A DNA stretch of 60,229 nt from a virus. Its lineage: Duplodnaviria > Caudoviricetes. The translations under genes and the position numbers were made by a program. The stretch lies in IMG/VR virus record IMGVR_UViG_3300025101_000003, positions 1 to 60,229 of that record; one strand, given 5' to 3'. Below, piece after piece: positions 33,656 through 42,868 of this stretch; the stretch's first letter is position 1, and each line of letters starts with the position of its first letter. The notes below the pieces were generated by a model. The model had not been told where the DNA came from. It was given only the letters and a program-made list of their open reading frames with translations, and ran no database searches.

Positions 33656-35014
33656 ATGGCAATGGACCACAAAAAGATGCGACCAGCTGCTTCTGGTGGC
33701 GGAGGCGGAGGAGGACCGACTGCACCGTCTGTACCTCAAAGTCTTTCTGCGACTAGAGGAAATGCTCAGGTTGCGTTGTCGTGGTCAGCGCCGTCCAGTG
33801 ACGGTGGTGCAACAATAACAGGGTATAAAGTTTATCAGAGCACTGATGACGCTAGCTTTACCGAAGTAGCTACTCCATCTGGAACATCGCAAACAATCAC
33901 TAGCCTTTCAAACGGAACGCCTTACTACTTCAAAGTTGCAGCTGTAAACTCGGTTGGACCTGGTACGCAGACTGCTTCCGTAACTGCCACTCCTGCAACA
34001 GCTCCTGCTGCACCTACGAGCGTTGCTGGAACAAACGGAGACACGCAGTCTGTCATCACTTGGACGGCACCGACTAACACTGGCGGCTCTGCAATTACCG
34101 GCTACAAGATAAAGTGCGGCACAACAAGTGGCTATCCGGGAAGTGCTACTGTTCATCACCAAACAAACACAAGCACGACGTACACCAAAACAGGCCTGAC
34201 CAACGGAACAGAATACACCATTCAGGTTGCAGCAGTGAATGATGTTGATGACGGCACATACAGCAGTACGACGACAGCAACACCAGCAGCACCTAGCACT
34301 GGAATTACTCCAAACACGGACGGAAGTGCTCGGTTCTACCTTCCTGCATCAGTAACAGTGTTCAAAATATCTGCAAACACAAGCACCGGATACTACAAGA
34401 TATCGTCCCCTGGAAAGTCGGATGTGATTGGTCAAGAGTACACAGCTACAGCACCAACGTACTACGCGGGTTTGAATAACGGAACTCAAGCTACTGCCAA
34501 TATTCAAATGACTGGATTGTCGTCGTCTGCGGTTAAGACAGTAACTCTATCCTCTTGCAATTCCGGAGGAACTGTTACTGGGAATATTCTGGGCATAGAT
34601 ATCGGTTCAGATTCCACCAACAACATAACCGCCGTTGATGTTTCTGGCTGCACCTCATTAGCGACTTTTCATGCTGGTGCAACTGGCGGATCTTCAGTCC
34701 AAAACGCTCGGTTTGCTGGTGGCGGACCTGCAGGTACTAGGGCTATGGTTAGCAGCATAGAAGAAGTTCGTGCAGTTAATTGCGACTTTAGTGGAGCCAA
34801 TGGATATACATCTCCTTACACTCCAGCGACTATTTACGCTGCGGCTGGAGGATGGGATTTGTTCGGCCATGACATGGACGCTACTGCCTTAAATCAGATG
34901 TACACGGACTTAAGTGGCGGAACTGGTGGAGGTGGGATTTTTGTCGGCGGAAACCCTGGTACTGGAAGTGACAATCCAAGCATCGCATCAAACTACAATA
35001 TTCACGGGTCATGA
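33656..35014 (+). CDS. Fibronectin type III domain virion protein
   Basis: Two FN3 repeats: LSWSAP..GG..ITGY.V...L.NGT.Y.F.VAAVN..G. Confidence 0.88.
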   Translation: MAMDHKKMRPAASGGGGGGGPTAPSVPQSLSATRGNAQVALSWSAPSSDGGATITGYKVYQSTDDASFTEVATPSGTSQTITSLSNGTPYYFKVAAVNSVGPGTQTASVTATPATAPAAPTSVAGTNGDTQSVITWTAPTNTGGSAITGYKIKCGTTSGYPGSATVHHQTNTSTTYTKTGLTNGTEYTIQVAAVNDVDDGTYSSTTTATPAAPSTGITPNTDGSARFYLPASVTVFKISANTSTGYYKISSPGKSDVIGQEYTATAPTYYAGLNNGTQATANIQMTGLSSSAVKTVTLSSCNSGGTVTGNILGIDIGSDSTNNITAVDVSGCTSLATFHAGATGGSSVQNARFAGGGPAGTRAMVSSIEEVRAVNCDFSGANGYTSPYTPATIYAAAGGWDLFGHDMDATALNQMYTDLSGGTGGGGIFVGGNPGTGSDNPSIASNYNIHGS

Positions 35015-35616
35015 TGAACTATTTTATTTGCGGTAATAGGCTGTTGGCTTTCAATGCAAAGTGCGCAACGTCGTCTTTTAGTTGGGCGATTTTGCGTCAA
35101 TATCACCCTGAGGTTGTTGAGCAGCTAAAGAAAGATCAATGGGCGAACGGGCAGAGCGTTGAAAATCAAATGCTTCACCGTTGGGTACCAAAGCGTTTTA
35201 GTTCGAGAGGATTTATGGTTGCCCAAATTGTTCGTGAGCCTGTGGAAAGATTCCGAAGTGCTTATGGATTCATGGGCTTAGGAAAACGAATCGGCTCTGT
35301 GGATGCTGTGCTTGACGACCTAATTAATGAAACCCACGCTTTAGACTCAATACGTGGCACTATCGCCTCTAATATTCACTTTCGTCCACAAAACAGGTTT
35401 GATGGAGACATAACATTTTTCAGAATGGACCAGCTCCAAGATTGCGCAGATTTTCTTGGAATAGAAGTTCCCTTAACTCGAATCAATCAGACAAAAGTAG
35501 AGAAGCCGATTTTGACGCTTGCTCAAGAAAAAACAATACGCGATTACTATGCAGAAGATGTTGACCTGTGGGACTCGCTGCAAGAGAGCAATAAGAAGGA
35601 GATGGCATGGCTGTAG
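35011..35616 (+). CDS. Sulfotransferase family 2-like protein
   Basis: KCATSS (5'-PSB loop), VREPVERFRSAY (3'-PB), HFRPQ, YAEDVDL. Confidence 0.8.
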   Translation: MMNYFICGNRLLAFNAKCATSSFSWAILRQYHPEVVEQLKKDQWANGQSVENQMLHRWVPKRFSSRGFMVAQIVREPVERFRSAYGFMGLGKRIGSVDAVLDDLINETHALDSIRGTIASNIHFRPQNRFDGDITFFRMDQLQDCADFLGIEVPLTRINQTKVEKPILTLAQEKTIRDYYAEDVDLWDSLQESNKKEMAWL

Positions 35617-36488
35617 TACCTAAAAATTACCCCGGTGCAGGAAGGGCTCCGTCTGCCTCAAGCCTTGTGGAGGGCGAGCTTGCTCTAAATACTGGCGACG
35701 GCTGTCTTTACACTAAGCTTCGGGACGGTCGTGTTGTTAAGATTGTTGCCCGAAGTTACTCAGGCGACGAACAAACAGGTGGGACAACCGTCTCGTCCGA
35801 TATAAGTTTTATAGATGTATTAGACGTCACTTCTTACGCTGGATCAGCAATGGCTACTGTTCCTGGCACTCTTATACTAGATGCCGGTAACGGAAAGGTT
35901 GAGCTTCAAGGTGGGTCAGGAAACAGTGCTGAGCTTACTTTTAATTGCAGTGCAAACTCGCACGGCGTAACAATTAAAAGCCCCCCTCATTCTGACAACG
36001 CGACCTACTCTTTGATTCTTCCAACGACAGCTGGAACAGCAGGGCAAGTGCTGACAACAAACGGCTCAGCAGGTGTTCTCAGCTGGTCAACAATGTCATC
36101 TAGTGGAACAAATCACGGATCAAATCACCATACGGGTGGCGCTGATGAATTAACACCGGCGAATATAGGTGCGGCGGCAGCGAGCCACTCATCAAATCAT
36201 CACACGGGCGGCAGTGATGCTTTGACCCCAGCAAACATCGGTGCAGCGGCAGTCAGTCACTCATCGAGTCATCACACGGGGGGCAGTGACGCTTTGACCC
36301 CAGCAAACATCGGTGCAGCTGCAGCGAGCCACGCTTCAAATCACCACACAGGCGGAAGTGACGCACTGACACCTGCAAGCATTGGTGCCCCTGCAAGCAC
36401 AACAATTACGCATATCGTAAAGCTGACACAGGCTCAGTATAACGCGCTGAGTTCAACACCAGCAACAACCCTGTACATAATCACATAG
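35607..36488 (+). CDS. Tail fibre-like protein with His-rich repeats
   Basis: L.EGELALNT.DG.LY N-terminus; GQVLTT.G; C-terminal LTQAQYNAL...TLYII. Confidence 0.75.
   Translation: MAVVPKNYPGAGRAPSASSLVEGELALNTGDGCLYTKLRDGRVVKIVARSYSGDEQTGGTTVSSDISFIDVLDVTSYAGSAMATVPGTLILDAGNGKVELQGGSGNSAELTFNCSANSHGVTIKSPPHSDNATYSLILPTTAGTAGQVLTTNGSAGVLSWSTMSSSGTNHGSNHHTGGADELTPANIGAAAASHSSNHHTGGSDALTPANIGAAAVSHSSSHHTGGSDALTPANIGAAAASHASNHHTGGSDALTPASIGAPASTTITHIVKLTQAQYNALSSTPATTLYIIT
36114..36401 (+). repeat. Four 72-bp coding tandem repeats (24 aa, HxSNHHTGGSDALTPANIGAAAAS)
   Basis: Units start at 36114, 36186, 36258 and 36330. Confidence 0.9.
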
Positions 36489-36507
36489 GGACTAACGGAG
36501 TAACAGA

Positions 36508-39500
36508 ATGACACTGGTACGAGTACAACTACGCAACGACACGGCAGATAACTGGCAAACTCTAAATCCACTTCTTCGTGCCGGTGAGTTGGGATGTGAA
36601 ACAGATACAGGGAAGGCCAAGATAGGCGACGGAAGTCGCAACTATAACTCGCTTCCGTACGTCGGTGGTTCTTTTAGCTCTGCCTCACCAAGTACGATTG
36701 GCACTTCTAGCGTTGGTACGTCAACCACAGTTGCAAGGTCAGACCACAACCATGCACTGCCTGACGCAGTTTCGGTGACTCAAGTTACTGCTAGTGGCGC
36801 AACTATTAACGGGAACCTCACAGTCACCGGGAATCTTTTAGGCAACGCAGTACACCTTCACGATATCGCTGACGTTACCGGACTGTCAACTGCCCTAAGC
36901 GGCAAGGCTGACACGAGTCACAATCACACAATCGGAAGCCTTACAGACACTCCCACAACACCTACAGACTCCACAGAGAGGTATCTGCACTGGAACGGAA
37001 ATGCTCTTGTGTGGACTAGCACGTCATCTCTTGGTGGTTCTGGTCAAACCAGCATTTCCAATGAAGCTATTGATGACAGGGTTGCAGCTCTGCTTCAAGG
37101 TGGGTCGGGTATTGATGTCGTTTATGATGACGCCGCAAACACGCTTACCGTGTCGACCGACATAGAACAGTACATACCAGAGCCGACAGTTCCAGAAACA
37201 CCAGAGCCTAACCTTCCTCCGGCCCCACCTGTTTCGCCGATGGAGCTAACGACCGATCTTCCGCCAAGTTTAACAGTCGGCGGAGAAGGGTTTGCTGTAA
37301 CAGTAACTGTTAGCGGAGGAACTTCCCCTACTTTTCAGTGGCAGAAACTTAACCTAACTTCGACGATATATGAAGACCTTGCGGCTACATCCAATATAAC
37401 TGGCGTTACAACAGGCACCCTGTCTTATGCCGCAACAGATGAAGTCGATAATAATACACTACTGCGGTGTGTTATTACAGACGGCGACAATCAGATCATA
37501 TCAGGCACAATGGGAGTAGTTTGGGTCAGTAGAACTGCTCCCGTGCCACCACTAGCTGTGATATTCGCTGCTGACAGTCTCAGTACTCCGAATGAAATAG
37601 AAGTAGTCGAAGACTCTAATGGAAACTATGACGTAAGTTCCGCTCTTTCTGTTACTGCATCTGGTGGCGCAGAAAGCTACGTTTATCAGTGGCAAGCTGC
37701 TAATGTCAGTGGTTCTGTGGTGTCAGGCTTTGGCAGAGGAACTCTCTGGCAAAACATCCCTGGGGCTACTTCGACGTCTCTGGCAAACATAAGTGCTTCA
37801 AATGTTATTTGGCTGCAACATGCAGCCGACAACCCATCGCTTGAAGATCAGATAATTTTTGTCCGTTGCAGGGTAACTTCAGTAACAGACGCCTTTAACC
37901 AATCCGGCCCTCAGGTCGTAACTAATGAATGTCGTGTTGTCATAAAGGCACCTATTGCAGCTGTCACTGTTCAGCCAACAGACCAGGCTATGTCTAATAC
38001 TGGCACGGCGTCTTTCACTTGCACTTATCAGGGTCGAGCCATAGCTGACTGGGAAGTGCAGACGAATGATGGCATTGTTAGAGATGTTGCTGAATCAAAC
38101 ATGGAGTCTGTAATCTCCAACGGAGGCAATCCAGAGACATTTACAGCCACACTTGCATTAGCAGACTTGAAAACAAACAACATCGGGAATCGGTTCCGCT
38201 TAAGGTTTACGTCTCCGGACGGAAGTCAAAATGCGTTTAGTAACTGGGCGAACCTTACGGGAACCCCTGTTGCCATTACGCAAGAACCACCGACTACATT
38301 AAATGTCATCTACGGAAACGCTGCGAATGTTTCATTTGCCTTCACTCCAGCCGGTGGAGCCACTATTTCCTGGGAAGAGCGTGACGATGCGTACGACACC
38401 ACAGTCACAACGATATCAGGACAAACAACCACCACGCTATCGCTGTCGAGCGTTACAGCCAATAAAGAGGTGCGAGCTAGGGTCACAACTGCTGCTGGAG
38501 TGTCAATAACAACATGGTGTCTGATTGGGGTATCTGTTCCTTCTTCAAATACGGGAGACCCTCAATTCACGCAAAACCTTGTTGGTGGAGCAGTGTACGA
38601 AAACGGATCGTATACAGATGAGTGTACATCCAATCTCTTGGCCGGTTCTGCCGCAATAGATCATTACGCAGTCTTGTTGGTGGCATACGCTGACGGAAGA
38701 AAGCAAGTTAGGCCGCTAGCAAATGGAGTTTCCACAGAGTTTGGCCCCTTGAAGTTTTTTCCAGCCAACAGCGGGTATCAGAAATATCGAGTTAATACCA
38801 CTCTTGATGGGGACTGTGATGTAAGCATTATGACAACAACCACTCCGCATGCGTACAGCGGAACAAGTGGTGCTGTACAGGCTACTCCTTGGGCAAGGAT
38901 TGGTAATAGTGGCTCGCGCTACTTTTCTCAGGACGCACTGAGACCAACCATAAACTTTCCTCAAAGTGCTAAAACGCATGCCAATGCAGTCTTCAATGGA
39001 AGTCTAAGCTACCCATTCCCGTTATACGGCTTTGCTGAGAGTCAAAGGGTTACAATAAACATACAGAAGCAAGAGCCTTTTTACGGCCCGATTGAGCACG
39101 CATTTTGGTCTCCTCCGCAATCCTACTCGTTTCGTGGTGCTGCAAACACGAGCAATGTAGTTGTTGCGTGTCCTCACATCCACCCAGACTCGACGTACTT
39201 AAGGAGTACTGACCAAGGAAGGACTTGGGATTCGTATTTCATGCCCTACTCTTGCCAAGCTTACGACGTTGTTTTTTGGAACAGCAAGTTTTATATGCTT
39301 ACTTGCGACCCAACTAACAAGATTACCGCGCTTGTCAGCTCCAACGGACTAAGCTGGACTCCTACAAACTGGACGTTTTTTGCGAGACAAAACCTGACCG
39401 GCACTCAAGGGTACAATGATAATTACGAAACGATGTTTACGCCAGACACGTATGACCCCACAATGCCTACTAAGAAGGCTGAAGACTTTCGCATGTCTGT

Positions 39501-40431
39501 CGTGAATGGGGCTCTTTACGTCACTGGATTTCATTGGACATCAGGTTACGCCAATTTTGGGCATTATGGCGCTACTTACCCAAAAGTTGTTAGCGTTGTC
39601 TGGCGATTAGTCAGTGGTGGAACGTGGAGCAGAAAAGAACTTCCTGCACCCACTGGAGTAGTCACTGGACCGTCAAACTATCTAGTTGCCGGTGATTGTT
39701 ACAGCACTAACGGCGGCTCTACTTGGTCGCGGTTTCCTGGTGGATACAGCTATCCTCAGTATTGGAATGGAAGGTCGGGCAACAATGCAAGATTCACAGG
39801 ACATCTGAGTAATGGCAATAGCGGAATTGCCGCGGCCTCAACATATTTTGGCTATAGGCCGTCTCACGGTCAAAACTGGCAGATGAGACGAGTATCCCCA
39901 GCTCCGTCAGCTACCTACTTTATTTCTCAAAACCGTCCCGACGACCGCAATCACTACCACTACACTCCAACTGCTGCAAACCCAGGATCAAGGATTGCCT
40001 CCTTAGATTCATATGTCTCTGCGTCTGGTGGGCAGCAAGGATGGAGGTCTTTCATTGGCCCACCTATTGGCAATTACTTGTATGCCATGACAGGCGACTT
40101 AAAGCTGGTAAGAATTGATGCTCGTTATCCAACAAGTCCTTCTGGACCAGAAACTGTGGTTGAGTTTACCGACGTAGCTAACGAGGTAGTTGACACGAAG
40201 GCTTTTGACTTTGGTCAAACATCGTCTTCTATCTATCGCGGTGGCTACCAGTACGGAACAAAAGATCAACTTGACGACCAATACTTAAACGGAACGTATT
40301 CTCCTAACAGCGGACCTTTGATCTTCTGTAAAGATAGGGTGTTGGCGATGTTCCGTACATACACCGGAAGACCAGCTAGTACCGGACGTCCAGGTTGGGG
40401 AACAGCAGCCGCTGGTTTCATACGAAGATAA
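36508..40431 (+). CDS. Large tail fibre/receptor-binding protein (Mtd_N-like N-terminus, Ig-like domains, Asp-box propeller)
   Basis: QLRNDTADNW..NPLL.AGELG.ETDTGK.KIGDG; FQWQ/YQWQ..RC; RSTDQGRTW, SSNGLSW, STNGGSTW. Confidence 0.82.
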   Translation: MTLVRVQLRNDTADNWQTLNPLLRAGELGCETDTGKAKIGDGSRNYNSLPYVGGSFSSASPSTIGTSSVGTSTTVARSDHNHALPDAVSVTQVTASGATINGNLTVTGNLLGNAVHLHDIADVTGLSTALSGKADTSHNHTIGSLTDTPTTPTDSTERYLHWNGNALVWTSTSSLGGSGQTSISNEAIDDRVAALLQGGSGIDVVYDDAANTLTVSTDIEQYIPEPTVPETPEPNLPPAPPVSPMELTTDLPPSLTVGGEGFAVTVTVSGGTSPTFQWQKLNLTSTIYEDLAATSNITGVTTGTLSYAATDEVDNNTLLRCVITDGDNQIISGTMGVVWVSRTAPVPPLAVIFAADSLSTPNEIEVVEDSNGNYDVSSALSVTASGGAESYVYQWQAANVSGSVVSGFGRGTLWQNIPGATSTSLANISASNVIWLQHAADNPSLEDQIIFVRCRVTSVTDAFNQSGPQVVTNECRVVIKAPIAAVTVQPTDQAMSNTGTASFTCTYQGRAIADWEVQTNDGIVRDVAESNMESVISNGGNPETFTATLALADLKTNNIGNRFRLRFTSPDGSQNAFSNWANLTGTPVAITQEPPTTLNVIYGNAANVSFAFTPAGGATISWEERDDAYDTTVTTISGQTTTTLSLSSVTANKEVRARVTTAAGVSITTWCLIGVSVPSSNTGDPQFTQNLVGGAVYENGSYTDECTSNLLAGSAAIDHYAVLLVAYADGRKQVRPLANGVSTEFGPLKFFPANSGYQKYRVNTTLDGDCDVSIMTTTTPHAYSGTSGAVQATPWARIGNSGSRYFSQDALRPTINFPQSAKTHANAVFNGSLSYPFPLYGFAESQRVTINIQKQEPFYGPIEHAFWSPPQSYSFRGAANTSNVVVACPHIHPDSTYLRSTDQGRTWDSYFMPYSCQAYDVVFWNSKFYMLTCDPTNKITALVSSNGLSWTPTNWTFFARQNLTGTQGYNDNYETMFTPDTYDPTMPTKKAEDFRMSVVNGALYVTGFHWTSGYANFGHYGATYPKVVSVVWRLVSGGTWSRKELPAPTGVVTGPSNYLVAGDCYSTNGGSTWSRFPGGYSYPQYWNGRSGNNARFTGHLSNGNSGIAAASTYFGYRPSHGQNWQMRRVSPAPSATYFISQNRPDDRNHYHYTPTAANPGSRIASLDSYVSASGGQQGWRSFIGPPIGNYLYAMTGDLKLVRIDARYPTSPSGPETVVEFTDVANEVVDTKAFDFGQTSSSIYRGGYQYGTKDQLDDQYLNGTYSPNSGPLIFCKDRVLAMFRTYTGRPASTGRPGWGTAAAGFIRR

Positions 40432-40446
40432 CAGGAATTAGTTTTT

Positions 40447-41379
40447 ATGTATTACTGCGCCCAAGACATAATTGAGTATTTAATGTCTTCTGTCGGAGGT
40501 GGTGCTCACGACAACGAGCATCGACTGCTTCGTCAAGCTGCACATCACGGCTACAGGGATGTTGTGTACGCAAGGGCGTGGAGGTGGCACGAAGACTCTG
40601 CTGTACTAGGAACTCCATTAACTGGAACTAACAACAAGGCTTTCTTGCTGCCGTCTGGTGTTCGTGAGATTGACGCTCTTGTAACTCCTGATAGGACTAC
40701 AGGTACAGCTTATGTCACAAACCAAGAGTACATACGATTAGAAGAATACCCTTCAAGTTACGGAGATGTGGTTTTCTATACCGTGATGTCATCACCAAGC
40801 TACCCTGGCCGTTGGCAGTTAAACATAGCCGGTAATCCAGCAAGCGTCGATGTCAACCGGCAATACTTCGTTACCTTTAGAAGAAAGCCTTCGCCTCTGA
40901 AACACATGGGGTACGAGAAGGCATCTCGGGACGGATCTCTTACTGCATCCAATGCTGCTGGTGCTGTAAAGAGATACGGAACGCTAGACCGTTTTCCCGA
41001 AGGGCCTTCCGGCGCATATCCGTTTACAGCAGAAGAAGTACTGGGTACTGCAAATAGCTTAATAGGAACACCACCTGCTAACGCAAAGACCGCAGTCTCT
41101 GATAAGCTCGATATAGCAGAACACATGTTCTCTGCAGTTTTATCTGGAGCTGAAGTGTGGCTTGCTCGTCTGCAAGGCAAAAATGTAGAAGGTGCCATGA
41201 CTGTACACATGAGAGACATGAAACTTGCAATGGAAGCAGATACTGTAAATCCTGCTGCCGGTAGAAGACTTAATGTCAACCGTCAGCCTGAAGGCATACA
41301 GATTCCGTACTCTGGGCAAACAAGTACGGCGCGTGACCTTGGATACTATTCACCATCACAATCCGACACTGGAACATGA
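40447..41379 (+). CDS. Head-tail adaptor (tail tubular protein A-like)
   Basis: Position; W.W...LP pattern of podoviral adaptors. Confidence 0.6.
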   Translation: MYYCAQDIIEYLMSSVGGGAHDNEHRLLRQAAHHGYRDVVYARAWRWHEDSAVLGTPLTGTNNKAFLLPSGVREIDALVTPDRTTGTAYVTNQEYIRLEEYPSSYGDVVFYTVMSSPSYPGRWQLNIAGNPASVDVNRQYFVTFRRKPSPLKHMGYEKASRDGSLTASNAAGAVKRYGTLDRFPEGPSGAYPFTAEEVLGTANSLIGTPPANAKTAVSDKLDIAEHMFSAVLSGAEVWLARLQGKNVEGAMTVHMRDMKLAMEADTVNPAAGRRLNVNRQPEGIQIPYSGQTSTARDLGYYSPSQSDTGT

Positions 41380-41942
41380 GAGCAGAGAATTGGCCTGGAC
41401 TGTTTAGTAACGCATCACCGTTCGCACTTCCTCCGGGTGCCGCAACGGAGCAGGTTAATTTGTGTTCTGACGTGATGGGTCAAATCTACTCTCGTGGTGG
41501 CATGGCTCCTGTAACGTATGCAACAGCCGCCGGAGAAGTTTTAGATACACACTCCTACGTCGAAGACAATAAAGAGTACATCATAGCACTTACTGCTAAC
41601 GGTTTAGAAATACTTGAGTCACCAGCAATACAGGAGAGAAATGAAAACGCCCTCGATCCTGCGCTCAGTGCTTCAGCAGGTCAAACGCAAACTTCGTATC
41701 TCTACAAATACGACAGCGCAATCGAATCTTCGCTGCAAACGACGACGCCGGTTGTAACGACAGCTGAGTCTCTTATTTATGGCGGACTAGCATCAACGGC
41801 AGATTCCGCTTACCTGCATTACATAGACGCTAATACACAATGTAGCGGCAGTAATAGAATTTCTGAGTTCACTTCAGGTAATGCAGGGACTACTTCGTAC
41901 CCAGAAGGTGCGTTCGAGGAATCGCAGCTTTGCGACAATTAG
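41376..41942 (+). CDS. Protein resembling the N-terminus of a tail nozzle/stabilisation protein
   Basis: WPGLFSNASPFALPPGAA..QVN....GQI..RGG. Confidence 0.55.
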   Translation: MRAENWPGLFSNASPFALPPGAATEQVNLCSDVMGQIYSRGGMAPVTYATAAGEVLDTHSYVEDNKEYIIALTANGLEILESPAIQERNENALDPALSASAGQTQTSYLYKYDSAIESSLQTTTPVVTTAESLIYGGLASTADSAYLHYIDANTQCSGSNRISEFTSGNAGTTSYPEGAFEESQLCDN

Positions 41943-41954
41943 TAAGGTGATGTC

Positions 41955-42842
41955 ATGGCAGAGGCAAGAACGGGCTCAACTTTACCGGCTGACTACAAAG
42001 TTGGTGATGCAGATGTAAATAAAATTTACTCTGGCGATACGTTAATTTGGGAGAGGTCTAGTAGCGGCACTGGCAATGAGCCAACGAATTTTAGTGTCTC
42101 ACCTCCAATAAGCTCTCCTGCTACCATGTCTATAACTGAAAGGACTAATGCTAGCGCATGTGTCGATCAGCTCTTAATCGACTTACCTAGTCACTCAACG
42201 TACACAAGCGCAACTTATGCTTTGTCAGTCACTGGGACGGGTAGTCATGACGACACTTATGGTGCGACTTACACTGCAACGCTCACTGACACTGGTGGAT
42301 TGGCAGACCTTGGCGGTAATACGAATAACTGGAGTATTACGCATAGTCACACGTCCGGGAACAGAACAGCCGGAACATGGTCTATGAGATTTAATCCTGT
42401 CGAAGCAGCATCAGCAACTACTAATACTGGTTACGGGACGTTTAACTGGATGAACAATGTCGTTAGTGACGGAAGGTTCTCTAATGGCAGCTTAACTATA
42501 AATATTTTCGGTGCTGGAGATTTGAATACAGATTTTACTTGGAATGCGCCTTCAAGTCCAACCGGTACTATTACTGGCTACCAAATACAATACAAGAAAC
42601 TAACAGCTATCACTTTTGACTGGCAGGACTACCTCGGGGCGTCAAGTGTGTCTGGCTCAAGCTACACATTAAGCGACTCTGCAAGTGAGTACGAACACGA
42701 GCATCAATATAAATTTAGGATTCGATCCCTGTTATCTGGTAGCAATAGCGACTGGGTTGAAGACCCAGCTACGTACACCATGCAACTAGCGACTCATAAT
42801 GCGACGAAGACAGGTATAGCGCACGCTTACTGCGATGATTAA
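41955..42842 (+). CDS. Tail-associated protein with a C-terminal FN3-like domain
   Basis: VG..DVNKIYSGDTLIW; FTWNAP...ITGYQIQY...YKFRIR. Confidence 0.7.
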   Translation: MAEARTGSTLPADYKVGDADVNKIYSGDTLIWERSSSGTGNEPTNFSVSPPISSPATMSITERTNASACVDQLLIDLPSHSTYTSATYALSVTGTGSHDDTYGATYTATLTDTGGLADLGGNTNNWSITHSHTSGNRTAGTWSMRFNPVEAASATTNTGYGTFNWMNNVVSDGRFSNGSLTINIFGAGDLNTDFTWNAPSSPTGTITGYQIQYKKLTAITFDWQDYLGASSVSGSSYTLSDSASEYEHEHQYKFRIRSLLSGSNSDWVEDPATYTMQLATHNATKTGIAHAYCDD

Positions 42843-42868
42843 TACACAGGACTTTACCGGAGTGATGG

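Noticed and set aside
36508-40431. Diversity-generating retroelement suggested by the Mtd_N-like domain
   Set aside because: No reverse transcriptase, and no template/variable repeat pair seen.
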